Origin: Candidatus Daviesbacteria bacterium RIFCSPHIGHO2_01_FULL_41_45
GTDB taxonomy: Bacteria; Patescibacteriota; Microgenomatia; Daviesbacterales; UBA10151
Assembly: GCA_001776975.1 (NCBI GenBank)
Contig: MFCS01000025.1
Location: 37,407 to 101,406 of the forward strand
DNA: 64,000 nt
Direction of reading: 5' to 3'
Part shown: in pieces, positions 18,669 through 28,716 of the stretch
Layout: the number at the start of each line of letters is the position of its first letter
Position numbering within the stretch: the first letter of the stretch is position 1
Position numbers and translations under genes: made by a program
Notes under the pieces: model-generated
Seen by the model: the letters and a program-made list of their open reading frames with translations, nothing else
What the model was told of the DNA's origin: nothing
The model's database searches: none

Positions 18669-19406
18669 ATGAGTACTCACGAATCAAGAGCTTCACTTTC
18701 AACTTTCACAACCACTCTCCATTGGATGCAAAAACCCAATGATCCAGAGATGCTTCAACTTTATCTTCGACCGATCCAAAAACAACCCTTATCATTGACT
18801 GTTATGGTTCGCCCACTAGATTCCGATCGAATAATCATTAACTTTCCTAGTGCTGGTGAGGATTGCGATGGACCTGGTGGTCGTTATAAACGGCTTGCAG
18901 ATTTGATGTATCAGCAAAAATTAGGTGCGGTTGTTAGATCGAACAACCCTGGATCTGAACTTTTCTTACCCTCAACCTATCTTTCTCGGCTCATAGATTA
19001 CACTATTCGTCGTGCCAGACTCATCTCAGGTACTACCAACCCCGATCTATTATTGATAGGCTATTCATCTGGTGCCAGTGCAGTTGCCGCCTTAGCTGCT
19101 TCTTATCAAAAAGTATCACGAATTTTACTTATTGCACCTTCAGGAGATATGCCCCAAACATCAGTTCAAAAAAGCCTGAGTCAGTTTACTGGTGAAGTTT
19201 ATACCATAATCGGAGAAGATGATGAAGTTGTAGGTGCTCGCGCAGGTTACATATATCACGACCTAGCCACAGCAGCCTCTCGTAAACAGCTAGTTATCGT
19301 CTCCGATTGTGGCCATTCATTCCAAGGTGAGCAAAACGAACGGGTTCTTCAACAAGCACCATTCCACGCATTTAACAGATCTGAACTAGTTCGTTGGGGC
19401 TACTAG
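18669..19406 (+). CDS. Alpha/beta-hydrolase fold protein
   Basis: GYSSGA nucleophile elbow (GxSxG), with later Asp and His (CGHSF). GC content is visibly higher than the flanking genes. Confidence 0.65.
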   Translation: MSTHESRASLSTFTTTLHWMQKPNDPEMLQLYLRPIQKQPLSLTVMVRPLDSDRIIINFPSAGEDCDGPGGRYKRLADLMYQQKLGAVVRSNNPGSELFLPSTYLSRLIDYTIRRARLISGTTNPDLLLIGYSSGASAVAALAASYQKVSRILLIAPSGDMPQTSVQKSLSQFTGEVYTIIGEDDEVVGARAGYIYHDLATAASRKQLVIVSDCGHSFQGEQNERVLQQAPFHAFNRSELVRWGY

Positions 19407-20309
19407 GTAATGGTCTCGTCTTTCATTAAAACTACCGCTACCATAATGCTCAATTCCACCAAAAACCGATTTAACTGCCGCCGAAGATCCAGTGTACTCA
19501 AGCTCAAGAGCCATATAATCTATCCCTGAAACAAAATCAACATATCCTTCGATTACTCTACGGAAAGTGGTTAGCGAGATCACAACCGGAGTAATTACAA
19601 AACAGGTCCTTCTTAGTCCAGAACCTAATTCATACTGCAATAAATACGAGAGGTGGTTTTTACCTAGAATCGCTGGAATATTTGGCGCTATCCATTTATC
19701 TGCACCCGAAAAATAATTTGAGCAGCCAACCATTGCCCTATAACCTTTAAAATTATCGGATACTGCTTGCTCCTTCTTTTTATCAGTCAACATCACAAGC
19801 TCTCCACAATTATCAATAGCAAACGCGCCCCTTCTCTCATTTTCGGGAACTGGTCTAAAGGGTACGACCGTATCTGCTCCTTCCAAATAAAATCCATTAT
19901 TGGGTAATCCTTCCGGCAATCCCTTTTCGTTGTGGGTTGGCCCAGTAAAATAGGCAAAAGCGTCCCGGTCTAAACTCATAGAATGCACTGTATCTAGACA
20001 CTTTTTATCTCTCGGAGTAACCACCATCCTTACTCTACTTGACATAGGATAATCATAAATTCGAAAAGGGATTGTATGAGGGGTTCCTCCGGGTATAACA
20101 TTAGGAATTTTTAAACCATAATCTGCGACCGTTAAATCTGGAACGCCTGCATAATCACAAATAACAGTTGGTCCCACTAAGACCCCACTTTTCTCCCTTA
20201 ATGATTCAACTAGTCCCGCTAGCTGTCTACCACCGCTTACTAGGGTCTCTATTCTCAAGTCCCCATCTATAAGATGTCGAACCCCTTTTTGCACTATTGT
20301 TTCTGGCAT
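19386..20309 (-). CDS. Hypothetical protein. Weak resemblance to the phosphodiester-glycosidase (DUF2233/NAGPA-like) fold.
   Basis: 307-aa ORF with no firm motif. The assignment is tentative. Its 3' end overlaps the convergent hydrolase gene by 21 nt. Confidence 0.4.
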   Translation of the reverse strand: MPETIVQKGVRHLIDGDLRIETLVSGGRQLAGLVESLREKSGVLVGPTVICDYAGVPDLTVADYGLKIPNVIPGGTPHTIPFRIYDYPMSSRVRMVVTPRDKKCLDTVHSMSLDRDAFAYFTGPTHNEKGLPEGLPNNGFYLEGADTVVPFRPVPENERRGAFAIDNCGELVMLTDKKKEQAVSDNFKGYRAMVGCSNYFSGADKWIAPNIPAILGKNHLSYLLQYELGSGLRRTCFVITPVVISLTTFRRVIEGYVDFVSGIDYMALELEYTGSSAAVKSVFGGIEHYGSGSFNERRDHYLVAPTN

Positions 20310-20498
20310 ATATTTATACTCTAAATTAAAGAATCGACTCTCTGTCGATGCTATTGGTTAATAATATCAAATTTGAAAACTTAAATCAAACTATGGGACT
20401 GTTTGTTATCGGGATTGATAATTATTGTGCGTGGTGCTTTATCGAAGCCAATGTTTTTTGAAAACTATGTTCTATGTTGCTTCTCAAAGCTCTTCCAT

Positions 20499-21332
20499 TT
20501 AGAACACTTGCAGAGTTTTCTCTAAACCCCCGATACATCCTGGATGCCTCTGCAATAAGGATTCTTCCTTTATATGGAAATCCAGAGTGATGTAAATAAG
20601 CCAAAACGTACCCACGTCACGAGCTGCTGCTGTTTCAAACCCATCAAATCTAGCTTGTCTCTCTTGACCATACCCATAGCCAGTGTGAAACCTCTTCCAT
20701 CTAAAATCATCATCGGCTAATATTGTAGAAGTTTCAAGATCAAAAAAAATCGGTCTAATAGATTCTTCCTCGCTAAACTGATCTCCAATATTTCCTAAAT
20801 GTAAGTCTCCATGAACAACACCACAATCGTGCATCTCAGCAATTGCGTTAAGATAAAAATTGAGGAGTTCGTCTGGCGGAAAAACTCGAAGATCAGTAAT
20901 TTTATAATCAATACGCTTTAAACTTAATGGCTGGACTGATCTCATAAGCGCTGTTAGTAAAAAAGAGTCTGTATTCCCGAGTGTAATCAAAGCAAGCGGA
21001 GGTGGAACATTAACACCTCGAGATATGGCTGTTTCTGTATTACGAAACTCCCGATCAGCTAAAACACCCCCCTCGTTACCAGAAAAGTGTTTCGCTAAAA
21101 CATCAATTGGAACTACAGTCCTACCTGAATCAACGCGGACAGATGTTGGCATGGCTTTATGAGCTGTGGTACCTATACCTGATAGCCAACTTCTAGCATG
21201 AGTTTCTAGCAAGGGTCTTTCCCAATTACTCAACATAACTTTTTCTAATAGAGAAACTGGTGCTACCTGTGGATATTTAAGCTGAAACTCTCTACTAATT
21301 CTTATTCTTACATTTCCAAATTCAGAAAACAT
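20499..21332 (-). CDS. Protein-kinase-like/aminoglycoside-phosphotransferase-like phosphotransferase
   Basis: Catalytic loop HDCGVVHGDLHLGNI (HGDLHxGN) and a downstream FFDLETS metal-binding motif. Confidence 0.6.
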   Translation of the reverse strand: MFSEFGNVRIRISREFQLKYPQVAPVSLLEKVMLSNWERPLLETHARSWLSGIGTTAHKAMPTSVRVDSGRTVVPIDVLAKHFSGNEGGVLADREFRNTETAISRGVNVPPPLALITLGNTDSFLLTALMRSVQPLSLKRIDYKITDLRVFPPDELLNFYLNAIAEMHDCGVVHGDLHLGNIGDQFSEEESIRPIFFDLETSTILADDDFRWKRFHTGYGYGQERQARFDGFETAAARDVGTFWLIYITLDFHIKEESLLQRHPGCIGGLEKTLQVF

Positions 21333-21374
21333 AGAGAAATTATATCCTATAATAGTAAGAAACGCAAATAAGAA

Positions 21375-21782
21375 CTACCCTCCCACGCCTTTTCTGCTCT
21401 CGGTAGTGTTTCTTACTGCCAGAGCAGATGGAGTCTGTTTTTTCTTCTCCTCCACCTTGTACTGCTTAACCTGCTCCTCTTGTTGCTTAACCTGCGACTC
21501 CTCGATCTTTTTTTGTTGGTTTTGCATCCTTATTTTTTGAGCATCATCTGTCAACTTTTTATTCCAATCAATAACTCTTAAAGCCCACTGTCTTCTCTTC
21601 TCCTCATCAACCTTTTTTTGAGCTTGGATTTTAGGATCAACCAAAGGTTGTTGTGGACCATGAATAACAGTACTGACCCCTGTTTCTAAGGCCTTGCCAA
21701 TTTCATCAGTTACTGGTTTAATGATAGTTTCACCAATATCAGTAGCAAGTTGGATAGTTGCCCCTTTAACTCCATCAGCCAT
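21375..21782 (-). CDS. Hypothetical charged coiled-coil protein
   Basis: K/E/Q-rich repeats (EEKRRQW...QQKKIEESQVKQQEEQVKQYKVEEKKK). Confidence 0.45.
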   Translation of the reverse strand: MADGVKGATIQLATDIGETIIKPVTDEIGKALETGVSTVIHGPQQPLVDPKIQAQKKVDEEKRRQWALRVIDWNKKLTDDAQKIRMQNQQKKIEESQVKQQEEQVKQYKVEEKKKQTPSALAVRNTTESRKGVGG

Positions 21783-21797
21783 ATCTTGAGTATAACA

Positions 21798-22394
21798 TCA
21801 ATACGCTTTTCTTCCCTCTAAGGCACGATTGAGGGTTGTCTCGTCAGCATACTCAATATCTCCTCCCACCGGTAAACCTCTGGCAATCCTGGTAACCTTT
21901 ACCCCCAACGGTGAGATTAAACGATCAATATACATCGCTGTAGCCTCTCCTTCCATGGTTGGGTTAGTGGCCAAAATAATCTCCTTAATACTTCCATCTT
22001 TCAATCGGGGTAGTAGCTCTCTAATTTTTAACTCCTCCGGCCCAATATTTTCTAAAGGTGAGATCGATCCATGTAAGACATGGTACAACCCCTTGTATGA
22101 AGCTCTTTCTAGAGCTAATACATCTAGTGGGTCCTCTACCACTGCCAGGGTTGTTTTATCCCGATTTGGGTCAGTATCCAGCTCACAAGGATCCACCTCG
22201 GCAATGTTAAAACATACTGAACAGATAACGGTTTTTTCTTTCAAGTCTACGGCTGCTTGAGCGAGAGCCTTGGTTTCCTCAATCGGGGCATGAAGCAGAT
22301 GATAGGTTAATCTTTGGGCAGTTTTGGGACCAATTCCAGGTAATCTTTCAAAAGCTTCTATCAGACTCTGAACTACTTTGGGGACTGATGCCAT
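21798..22394 (-). CDS. recR: Recombination protein RecR
   Basis: HhH motif, C4 zinc finger CSVCFNIAEVDPC, Toprim domain. Confidence 0.92.
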   Translation of the reverse strand: MASVPKVVQSLIEAFERLPGIGPKTAQRLTYHLLHAPIEETKALAQAAVDLKEKTVICSVCFNIAEVDPCELDTDPNRDKTTLAVVEDPLDVLALERASYKGLYHVLHGSISPLENIGPEELKIRELLPRLKDGSIKEIILATNPTMEGEATAMYIDRLISPLGVKVTRIARGLPVGGDIEYADETTLNRALEGRKAY

Positions 22395-22419
22395 AATCTC
22401 AGGAATTGTAGCACTTTAA

Positions 22420-22698
22420 TTACATTCCCGGGAGACCCATACCACCCATTAAGGGCTTCATCTCTTCTGCTGCTACTTTTTGGGATTGTTTAAGTGCCTC
22501 ATTTACCGCTTCAGCAACTTTATCCAAATTATTGTCCCCACTTATGGAGACTACTTTCTGATCAGCGGTCATGACTACAGTCACACCTTTGTGCTCCACA
22601 GTAATCTTAATCCCGGCCAATAGTTTTTGAACCTCCATGGCTTGATCCCTCATCTTTTTGAGGTCTCCCAACTGTTTTAAATTATCCATGATACCCAT
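22420..22698 (-). CDS. ybaB: YbaB/EbfC nucleoid-associated protein
   Basis: MDNLKQLGDLKKMRDQAMEVQKLL...MGGMGLPGM. Confidence 0.88.
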   Translation of the reverse strand: MGIMDNLKQLGDLKKMRDQAMEVQKLLAGIKITVEHKGVTVVMTADQKVVSISGDNNLDKVAEAVNEALKQSQKVAAEEMKPLMGGMGLPGM

Positions 22699-22704
22699 AA
22701 TTAT

Positions 22705-23508
22705 TTATATTCTCCTAGAGAAAGATTCTACCACATTCTCCATTAAAGAGATAACCGTCATCGGTCCCACCCCTCCAAATTTTCCTGTATATTTAGAGGC
22801 TTTGGCAAAACAGCTCACATCAAAATCCCCTAACCCCACATCAATTAACACCGCTCCCTCTTTAATCATCTCGGCCTTAATTAAATTTTCCCTTCCCACA
22901 CAGGAGATAACAATACCACACAGTGTTAAGTCATGGTCAAGATCTCCTTGTCCTCTATCAATCCTTAGGGGTTTAACTCCTAAATTAGATTGCTCCAAAA
23001 ATCTTAGTAAGGGTTTGCCCACCTCTCCTTCTGATCCTACCACTCCAATTCTTTGCTCTTGCCACCCTTTAACCTCAGCATTTAATATCGAGACTACGCT
23101 CTTAACTGTTGCCGGCAAAAAAACCCTTTGTCCCTCCTCAGTCAACCCATCTACATCCTTATCAGTATTTATTAACCTCAACAGATCACTTCGAAAAACA
23201 GTTAAATCCAGCGGTAAGGGTAGCTGAACCATAATTCCATCCACTACCTCAGATTGATTATATTGATTAACTTTATCCTGCAGATCGTTGTAAAGAGTTT
23301 TGGTATTATAATTTTCTACCCTAAACTCAATACCTACCTCCTCAGCCTTGCTTTTTTTCATCTGAGTGTACCTCACAGAAGGCCCATTCTCAGTGTTACA
23401 GAAACTGACTATTCTGGGCGCCCTACTAGATCTAAAACTTCGCAGATGACTCACTAACGCCAGTTGGTGTTTTTCAGCCAAAGCCCTACAATCTATTCTT
23501 CGTTCCAT
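22705..23508 (-). CDS. folD: Methylenetetrahydrofolate dehydrogenase/cyclohydrolase FolD
   Basis: FolD catalytic and NAD(P)-binding domains (GIMVQLPLP). Somewhat short at 267 aa. Confidence 0.85.
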   Translation of the reverse strand: MERRIDCRALAEKHQLALVSHLRSFRSSRAPRIVSFCNTENGPSVRYTQMKKSKAEEVGIEFRVENYNTKTLYNDLQDKVNQYNQSEVVDGIMVQLPLPLDLTVFRSDLLRLINTDKDVDGLTEEGQRVFLPATVKSVVSILNAEVKGWQEQRIGVVGSEGEVGKPLLRFLEQSNLGVKPLRIDRGQGDLDHDLTLCGIVISCVGRENLIKAEMIKEGAVLIDVGLGDFDVSCFAKASKYTGKFGGVGPMTVISLMENVVESFSRRI

Positions 23509-24799
23509 AATGTTTATATAAACCCGGGATAGGGTATTTTTTAGTAAAATCTTCTACCTCAGCTTTAATTTTTTGAAGATTTTTATTTTTGACTAATAGC
23601 TTCTTAATATCTTTTATGAAATCTTTTCTCTTTTCCTGTTCTGTTGGCAAATCCAAGCCTTTAATCTCTTGTAAAACTCTTTTAATCCATGCTGCCACCT
23701 TTATCATGTCAGCCTCTTTCATCCCTCTGGAGGTTAAAGCTGGTGTCCCAAGCCTTATCCCAGAAGGGTAAAAAGGCGAGGCCTTATCTCCTGGAATAGT
23801 ATTTTTATTAACCGTAATCCCAGCATACTCTAAAGCTACCTGAGCCTGATAACCCAAACCAAATCCCAACTCAGACAGATCCTTGAGCACTAAATGATTC
23901 TCACTAATTGTCCCTAACTCTTTGGCTAAAACTGCAGCATTTTTCACAACTTGTAGTGCGTATTTTTTAAACGATGGCTTAAAGGCTTCTTCTAAACTAA
24001 CCGCAATGGCAGCTGTTTGGTGATTGTGGGGACCACCCTGTAACCCCGGGATTATTGCCCTTTCAATTTTTGATTTTAAATCAGGGTCTTTTTGCAACCC
24101 TTTTTCTGTCACCAAGATCATGGCTCCCCTGGGACCTCTTAATGTTTTATGGGTAGTTGTGGTGATAATATGGACATGATTAACTGGTGTTGGATGTACT
24201 CCTCCCACAATTAAGCCTGAGATATGAGAGATATCCGCTATTAGATAAGCCCCCACCGCATCAGCAATCGCAGCATACTTTTCATAATCCAATTTGTAAG
24301 GATAGGCTGTGGTGCCGGCCCAGATAAGTTTTGGTTGGTGTTGCTTAGCTAACCTTTCCAGACTATCATAATCAATCTTGCCATCTTTCCCAACGTTATA
24401 GTTAACTGCTTTATAAAAAATCGAGGAAAAGGATAGATTAGCCCCATGTGTTAAATGACCCCCAGATGTCAAAGCTAACCCCATCACTACATCACCTGGA
24501 TTACAAACAGCCATTGTGGCTGCCATGTTGGCTGGAGAACCTGAGTATGGCTGAACAAAGGCTGCTTTGGTACCAAATAGCGTGTTCGCTAACTCGCTTG
24601 CGTAGACCTCTATCTCATCAATAACCTCATTTCCGCCATAATATCTACGGCCGGGAAATCCTTCAGAATATTTATTAGTTAAAATAGATCCCAGAGCTTT
24701 CAAGACATCTTCCGAAACATAATTTTCAGAAGGGATCATCTCCAAGCCAGTAATTTGGCGGTGTGCCTCTTTTTTAATTAATGCAAAAACTTTGGACAC
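23486..24799 (-). CDS. glyA: Serine hydroxymethyltransferase
   Basis: TTTTHKTLRGPRG PLP-lysine motif and HLTHGANLSFSS. Confidence 0.95.
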   Translation of the reverse strand: MSKVFALIKKEAHRQITGLEMIPSENYVSEDVLKALGSILTNKYSEGFPGRRYYGGNEVIDEIEVYASELANTLFGTKAAFVQPYSGSPANMAATMAVCNPGDVVMGLALTSGGHLTHGANLSFSSIFYKAVNYNVGKDGKIDYDSLERLAKQHQPKLIWAGTTAYPYKLDYEKYAAIADAVGAYLIADISHISGLIVGGVHPTPVNHVHIITTTTHKTLRGPRGAMILVTEKGLQKDPDLKSKIERAIIPGLQGGPHNHQTAAIAVSLEEAFKPSFKKYALQVVKNAAVLAKELGTISENHLVLKDLSELGFGLGYQAQVALEYAGITVNKNTIPGDKASPFYPSGIRLGTPALTSRGMKEADMIKVAAWIKRVLQEIKGLDLPTEQEKRKDFIKDIKKLLVKNKNLQKIKAEVEDFTKKYPIPGLYKHYGTKNRL

Positions 24800-24845
24800 A
24801 ATGGCTTATACCTTAAAGGCTTTTTAAGTAATTTGCAATATGGAA

Positions 24846-26387
24846 TCAGTTTGGAGCATCAGCAGAGAAAATCTCCGAAGCAAGCCTGACCAACTCATCA
24901 TCGGCTGCCACCTCAATATTGGCAACATCCTCGCGTTTTACAGACCTTTTTGCCAAAATAGTTGAGATGCGGATCGGACGAGATAAAATATCAGATAAGA
25001 TTGACTCCAACATATCCCGGGATTTTGGAACCTCTAGCATTCGTTGGTGAAAAGCATAGGGAACCTCTATTACTACTAGCTTCTCTTCACAGCGGGCTAT
25101 TTTCACAGATCTTAACAAGGCCTCCAATGAATAATTAAAAGATCTGGCAGTCTCTAAAATATAGGTCCATCTCTCCTCAATTTTTTGCAGATCTAAAGAG
25201 TCGTTAATTTCGATATTACTCGTTTCACTTACAATAATAGCCGGCGCAACACTTAGAACCTCTTCTTTTAACTCTTGAACATGCTCAGATGGTAAGACCT
25301 GCTGATTCACATCTTTAGTTTCTAAACAACTTTTAACTACCGCTACCTCCAAAGGCAAATAAGCAATAGGCACAAATTTTCCTTTTTCCAAACTTTCTTG
25401 AAGATTGTCCAAAGTTTTTATTAAATCCGCTGTTGTAAATTCCTTAGACAAATTTACTAATATTTCAAACTTCTGCACTCCAACATCTATTTTTACCAAT
25501 TCTTCTCCCAAGTCATTTTGAATTAAAATTAACTGGCGCAATAGTTCCAAAAGTGAGAGATTTAAATCTTTGGCAACCACCCCCAATGATTGTTGCTCGT
25601 GTAAGGCTCTCAAGGAATCTGTAGTATTTTTCTTGGCGATGCTACCAATAAGCTGGGCGATAGCATCAAAGGACGAACCAAGTAGCATCTTTTCTAAAGT
25701 CTCCCGGTCTATCTTACCCATCGAAGACAGCTGGTCTAAAAGCTTCTCTCCATCTCTAAAACTACCTTGGGCAGCTTGCGCCACCAATAATAGTTCCTCA
25801 TCAGCAATTTTTATCTTCTCACTGCTAACTATATTCTTTAAGTCCTGTAATATATCCTCAACCTTCGCCAACTTAAATTCTAACTTCTGAACCCGGGACA
25901 ATATCGTTTGGGGAATTTTTTGCGGGTCGGTAGTCGCTAATATAAATAGAACATGAGAGGGTGGTTCCTCTAAAGTTTTTAACAAGGCGTTAAAAGCATC
26001 GTTGGTTAACATGTGTACCTCATCAATAATATAGATCTTCTTTTTAGCTTTTGCAGGAGCTAATTTAATATTTTCTCTTAAAGATCTGATGTCCTCAATC
26101 CCACGGTTAGAGGCAGCATCAATTTCAATTAAATCTAAATTGGAGCCATCAGTGATGGATGTACAGAGTTCACATTTATTACAGGGAGCATTTTTTTCAT
26201 CCAAACAGTTCACCATCTTAGCTAGGATTCTGGCTGTTGAGGTCTTACCAGTACCCCGGGGACCGCAAAAAAGATAGGCATGAGCTAATTTTCCAGAGGC
26301 ATGAGCTGCTAATAAAGTTTGTTTAACTAGCTCTTGACCAATTAACTCATCTAAAGATTGAGGACGATACTTTCGATAAAAAACCAT
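24846..26387 (-). CDS. dnaX: DNA polymerase III subunit gamma/tau
   Basis: GPRGTGKTS Walker A, zinc module CNKCELC, SRVQKLEF sensor. Confidence 0.92.
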   Translation of the reverse strand: MVFYRKYRPQSLDELIGQELVKQTLLAAHASGKLAHAYLFCGPRGTGKTSTARILAKMVNCLDEKNAPCNKCELCTSITDGSNLDLIEIDAASNRGIEDIRSLRENIKLAPAKAKKKIYIIDEVHMLTNDAFNALLKTLEEPPSHVLFILATTDPQKIPQTILSRVQKLEFKLAKVEDILQDLKNIVSSEKIKIADEELLLVAQAAQGSFRDGEKLLDQLSSMGKIDRETLEKMLLGSSFDAIAQLIGSIAKKNTTDSLRALHEQQSLGVVAKDLNLSLLELLRQLILIQNDLGEELVKIDVGVQKFEILVNLSKEFTTADLIKTLDNLQESLEKGKFVPIAYLPLEVAVVKSCLETKDVNQQVLPSEHVQELKEEVLSVAPAIIVSETSNIEINDSLDLQKIEERWTYILETARSFNYSLEALLRSVKIARCEEKLVVIEVPYAFHQRMLEVPKSRDMLESILSDILSRPIRISTILAKRSVKREDVANIEVAADDELVRLASEIFSADAPN

Positions 26388-26453
26388 AAGTTTAGGGTTT
26401 AGTAGCTAGATTATAGCGTTTACCAATAAAATACAATGAATCAAACTGTACCC

Positions 26454-26867
26454 CTAACTATGATGAATTCCTAACAAATGTTTACAGCCATGCTCTACTA
26501 AAAAAGATATCTCTTCATCTACTGATTTACCATCCGTTGCTGCATCTTTCAAGGCTTGTGGATAAGAGATCAGCACCGAACCAAGTCTTAACCAGTTGTC
26601 TGGATATGAAATAAAACCAACTGAGCGTTGCTGAGTTATATTTTGAGGGGTAGGATCTTCCAAAGCAAAAGTGAGAATATCAGTAGTTGCATCAATCCCG
26701 CGGTAAGTTCTATTTAACTGATGCATCTTTCTATCCCCAACTATTGATACTTCAACCTCTACTTTTCCATGGGTTCCATAATTACTAAGAGTTGAAACTA
26801 CCGCTGATTGAATCACTGTCTTACTAACTTTATATCTGGAATCACCATTTATAATAATGTTAACCAT
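26454..26867 (-). CDS. ybeY: rRNA maturation endoribonuclease YbeY
   Basis: HGCKHLLGIHH zinc-binding motif. Confidence 0.88.
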   Translation of the reverse strand: MVNIIINGDSRYKVSKTVIQSAVVSTLSNYGTHGKVEVEVSIVGDRKMHQLNRTYRGIDATTDILTFALEDPTPQNITQQRSVGFISYPDNWLRLGSVLISYPQALKDAATDGKSVDEEISFLVEHGCKHLLGIHHS

Positions 26868-27300
26868 GGAGTTTTTCCCTTACCAAAGAGCTGACCCGAC
26901 CTCCATCGACCCGAGCTCCAGCCTTAGTCATCACCAATCCAATAACCTTTCCCATATCAGCCATATTAGAAGCATTGGTTTGGGTGATCGCCTCCTGAAT
27001 TAAAGCATCCAGCTCCATATCTGATAAAGGTTCCGGTAGATATGTTTTTAAAATGTCAGCCTCCTTCTCCTCTTTTTTGGCCATCTCTTCTCTATCTCCA
27101 TTTCTAAAAGCTACGACCGATTCCGCTCTTTTTTTGACCTCTTTTTGGATAATTGATTGGATTTCTACTTCAACTAACTCACTACCTTTGTGAATTTGGG
27201 CATTATAAATCTCAGACAATAACAACCTCAAAGTTGAGACTTTAAGATCATCTTTATCAAGAATAGATTGTTTTAGATCCTGCTGAAGCTTATCAAACAT
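26860..27300 (-). CDS. GatB/YqeY-domain protein
   Basis: YqeY-like helical protein. Confidence 0.8.
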   Translation of the reverse strand: MFDKLQQDLKQSILDKDDLKVSTLRLLLSEIYNAQIHKGSELVEVEIQSIIQKEVKKRAESVVAFRNGDREEMAKKEEKEADILKTYLPEPLSDMELDALIQEAITQTNASNMADMGKVIGLVMTKAGARVDGGRVSSLVREKLHG

Positions 27301-27490
27301 TGTAACGCTTTGCTCGCATAATCTTTCTCATTCTTTCTTTTTTGACTTCCTGCCTTTTTTCAGAAGCTGATTTGTGAAACTCCCTATCCCGATACTCTTG
27401 CACTACATTCTCCAAAGCAGAACGCTTTTGAAATTTCCTAATCACCGAATCATTGGTATCGTTTGGGCCACGTTTAACTATAATACTCAT
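27293..27490 (-). CDS. rpsU: 30S ribosomal protein S21
   Basis: MSIIVKRGPNDTNDSVIRKFQKRS...RMRKIMRAKR. Internal ATG at 27490 preceded by an AAGGAGG SD. The track ORF is extended upstream to 27526. Confidence 0.85.
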   Translation of the reverse strand: MSIIVKRGPNDTNDSVIRKFQKRSALENVVQEYRDREFHKSASEKRQEVKKERMRKIMRAKRYNV

Positions 27491-27593
27491 AAAAAATAAA
27501 AACACCTCCTTTTTAAGGTAGGGCAATTATAATCCCAATAGGGTGAGTATTACAAGATCTTTGAGCCTAACGAGAGATTGACTTAGACTACTA

Positions 27594-28676
27594 TTAAGCA
27601 GGCTTTAGCAGTTTTTTTAGTAAATCTAGGGTTTTAATCTGCCTAAGGTTATGTTTCAAGTGAAGTCTTGGTTCTTGGGACTCAAATTGTGATTTTAACC
27701 TAGCGTCCTGAATTTTATCAATCTCAGCTTGGACCTCCTCGTCAGAGATGACTACGTTTTCTAGTCTAGCAACCTCTGCTAAACCCAACTCCATCCGCAC
27801 ATTTTTCTCTGCTTGGGGTCTCCATTTATTTTTAATCCCTTCCGAAGTTTCATTTTGTGATCTTAAATAATCATCCATTAACATCCCCATATCTGATACC
27901 CGTCTTTGTAGTGACACCATCATTCTGTTTAACTCATCCTCAACCAAAACATCCGGAATATCAACCTGGGTAATTTTTTCCACCTCTTGTAATAATGCCT
28001 CTTCATAATCCAACTCATTATTATATTTGGCTTCAGCCTCTAGGTCAGTTTTGATCTTTAATGTCAAATCCTCTAAACTTTGAGCTCCCATGGATTTAGC
28101 GAAAGCATCATCTGGGATATCCGAAATTACCGGTTGAGGGGTGCTGGCTTGAGGCTGATTAAAAGATACTGAACCACTAGTGACACCGTTTTGGGAGCTC
28201 TGAGCAACTGGATTTTTAACCTTCCATCGTTTGAATAAATCCTCAATGACCTTATCTTTATCCGTATCTCCAATCACTTTTAGCTCCGGCCTTTGCACCT
28301 TGAGTCCTTTGTAATCCCCTGAGATCTTTACCTCGGGACGGTTGGTTACCTGTGCTGTAAAGATTAGAGATTGTCCTTTAAAAAATGAGGTTAGTTGGTA
28401 CTTGGGGTAATTAATGGGAACCACAGTACTACCCTGTAAAGACTCAACCAGCATTTGAGGCATTACTACTTTTAAAAACTCATCTTGTAGTTTATTACCG
28501 ATACTATTCTCCACCATGTTGAGTGGAGCCTGGCCTTTTCTAAAACCCGGAATCTCAACCTCTTGAGATAATCTAGTTAAAGTTTCATCCCATTTGGCAG
28601 ATATATCTTCCCAGGGAACAGTGATCGCCACCTCAACAACTGATTTTGGTAAATTGGTTATATTTTTAGTAATCAT
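27594..28676 (-). CDS. tig: Trigger factor (short form)
   Basis: N-terminal PGFRKGQAPLNMVE ribosome-binding motif. Confidence 0.85.
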   Translation of the reverse strand: MITKNITNLPKSVVEVAITVPWEDISAKWDETLTRLSQEVEIPGFRKGQAPLNMVENSIGNKLQDEFLKVVMPQMLVESLQGSTVVPINYPKYQLTSFFKGQSLIFTAQVTNRPEVKISGDYKGLKVQRPELKVIGDTDKDKVIEDLFKRWKVKNPVAQSSQNGVTSGSVSFNQPQASTPQPVISDIPDDAFAKSMGAQSLEDLTLKIKTDLEAEAKYNNELDYEEALLQEVEKITQVDIPDVLVEDELNRMMVSLQRRVSDMGMLMDDYLRSQNETSEGIKNKWRPQAEKNVRMELGLAEVARLENVVISDEEVQAEIDKIQDARLKSQFESQEPRLHLKHNLRQIKTLDLLKKLLKPA

Positions 28677-28716
28677 ATTTTCCGAATGTAAAGATTAGCA
28701 GAATTCAGCTGTAAAA

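Noticed and set aside
20422-20604. 60-aa minus-strand ORF overlapping the 3' end of the kinase-like gene
   Set aside because: Overlaps the longer gene in another frame. No independent support.
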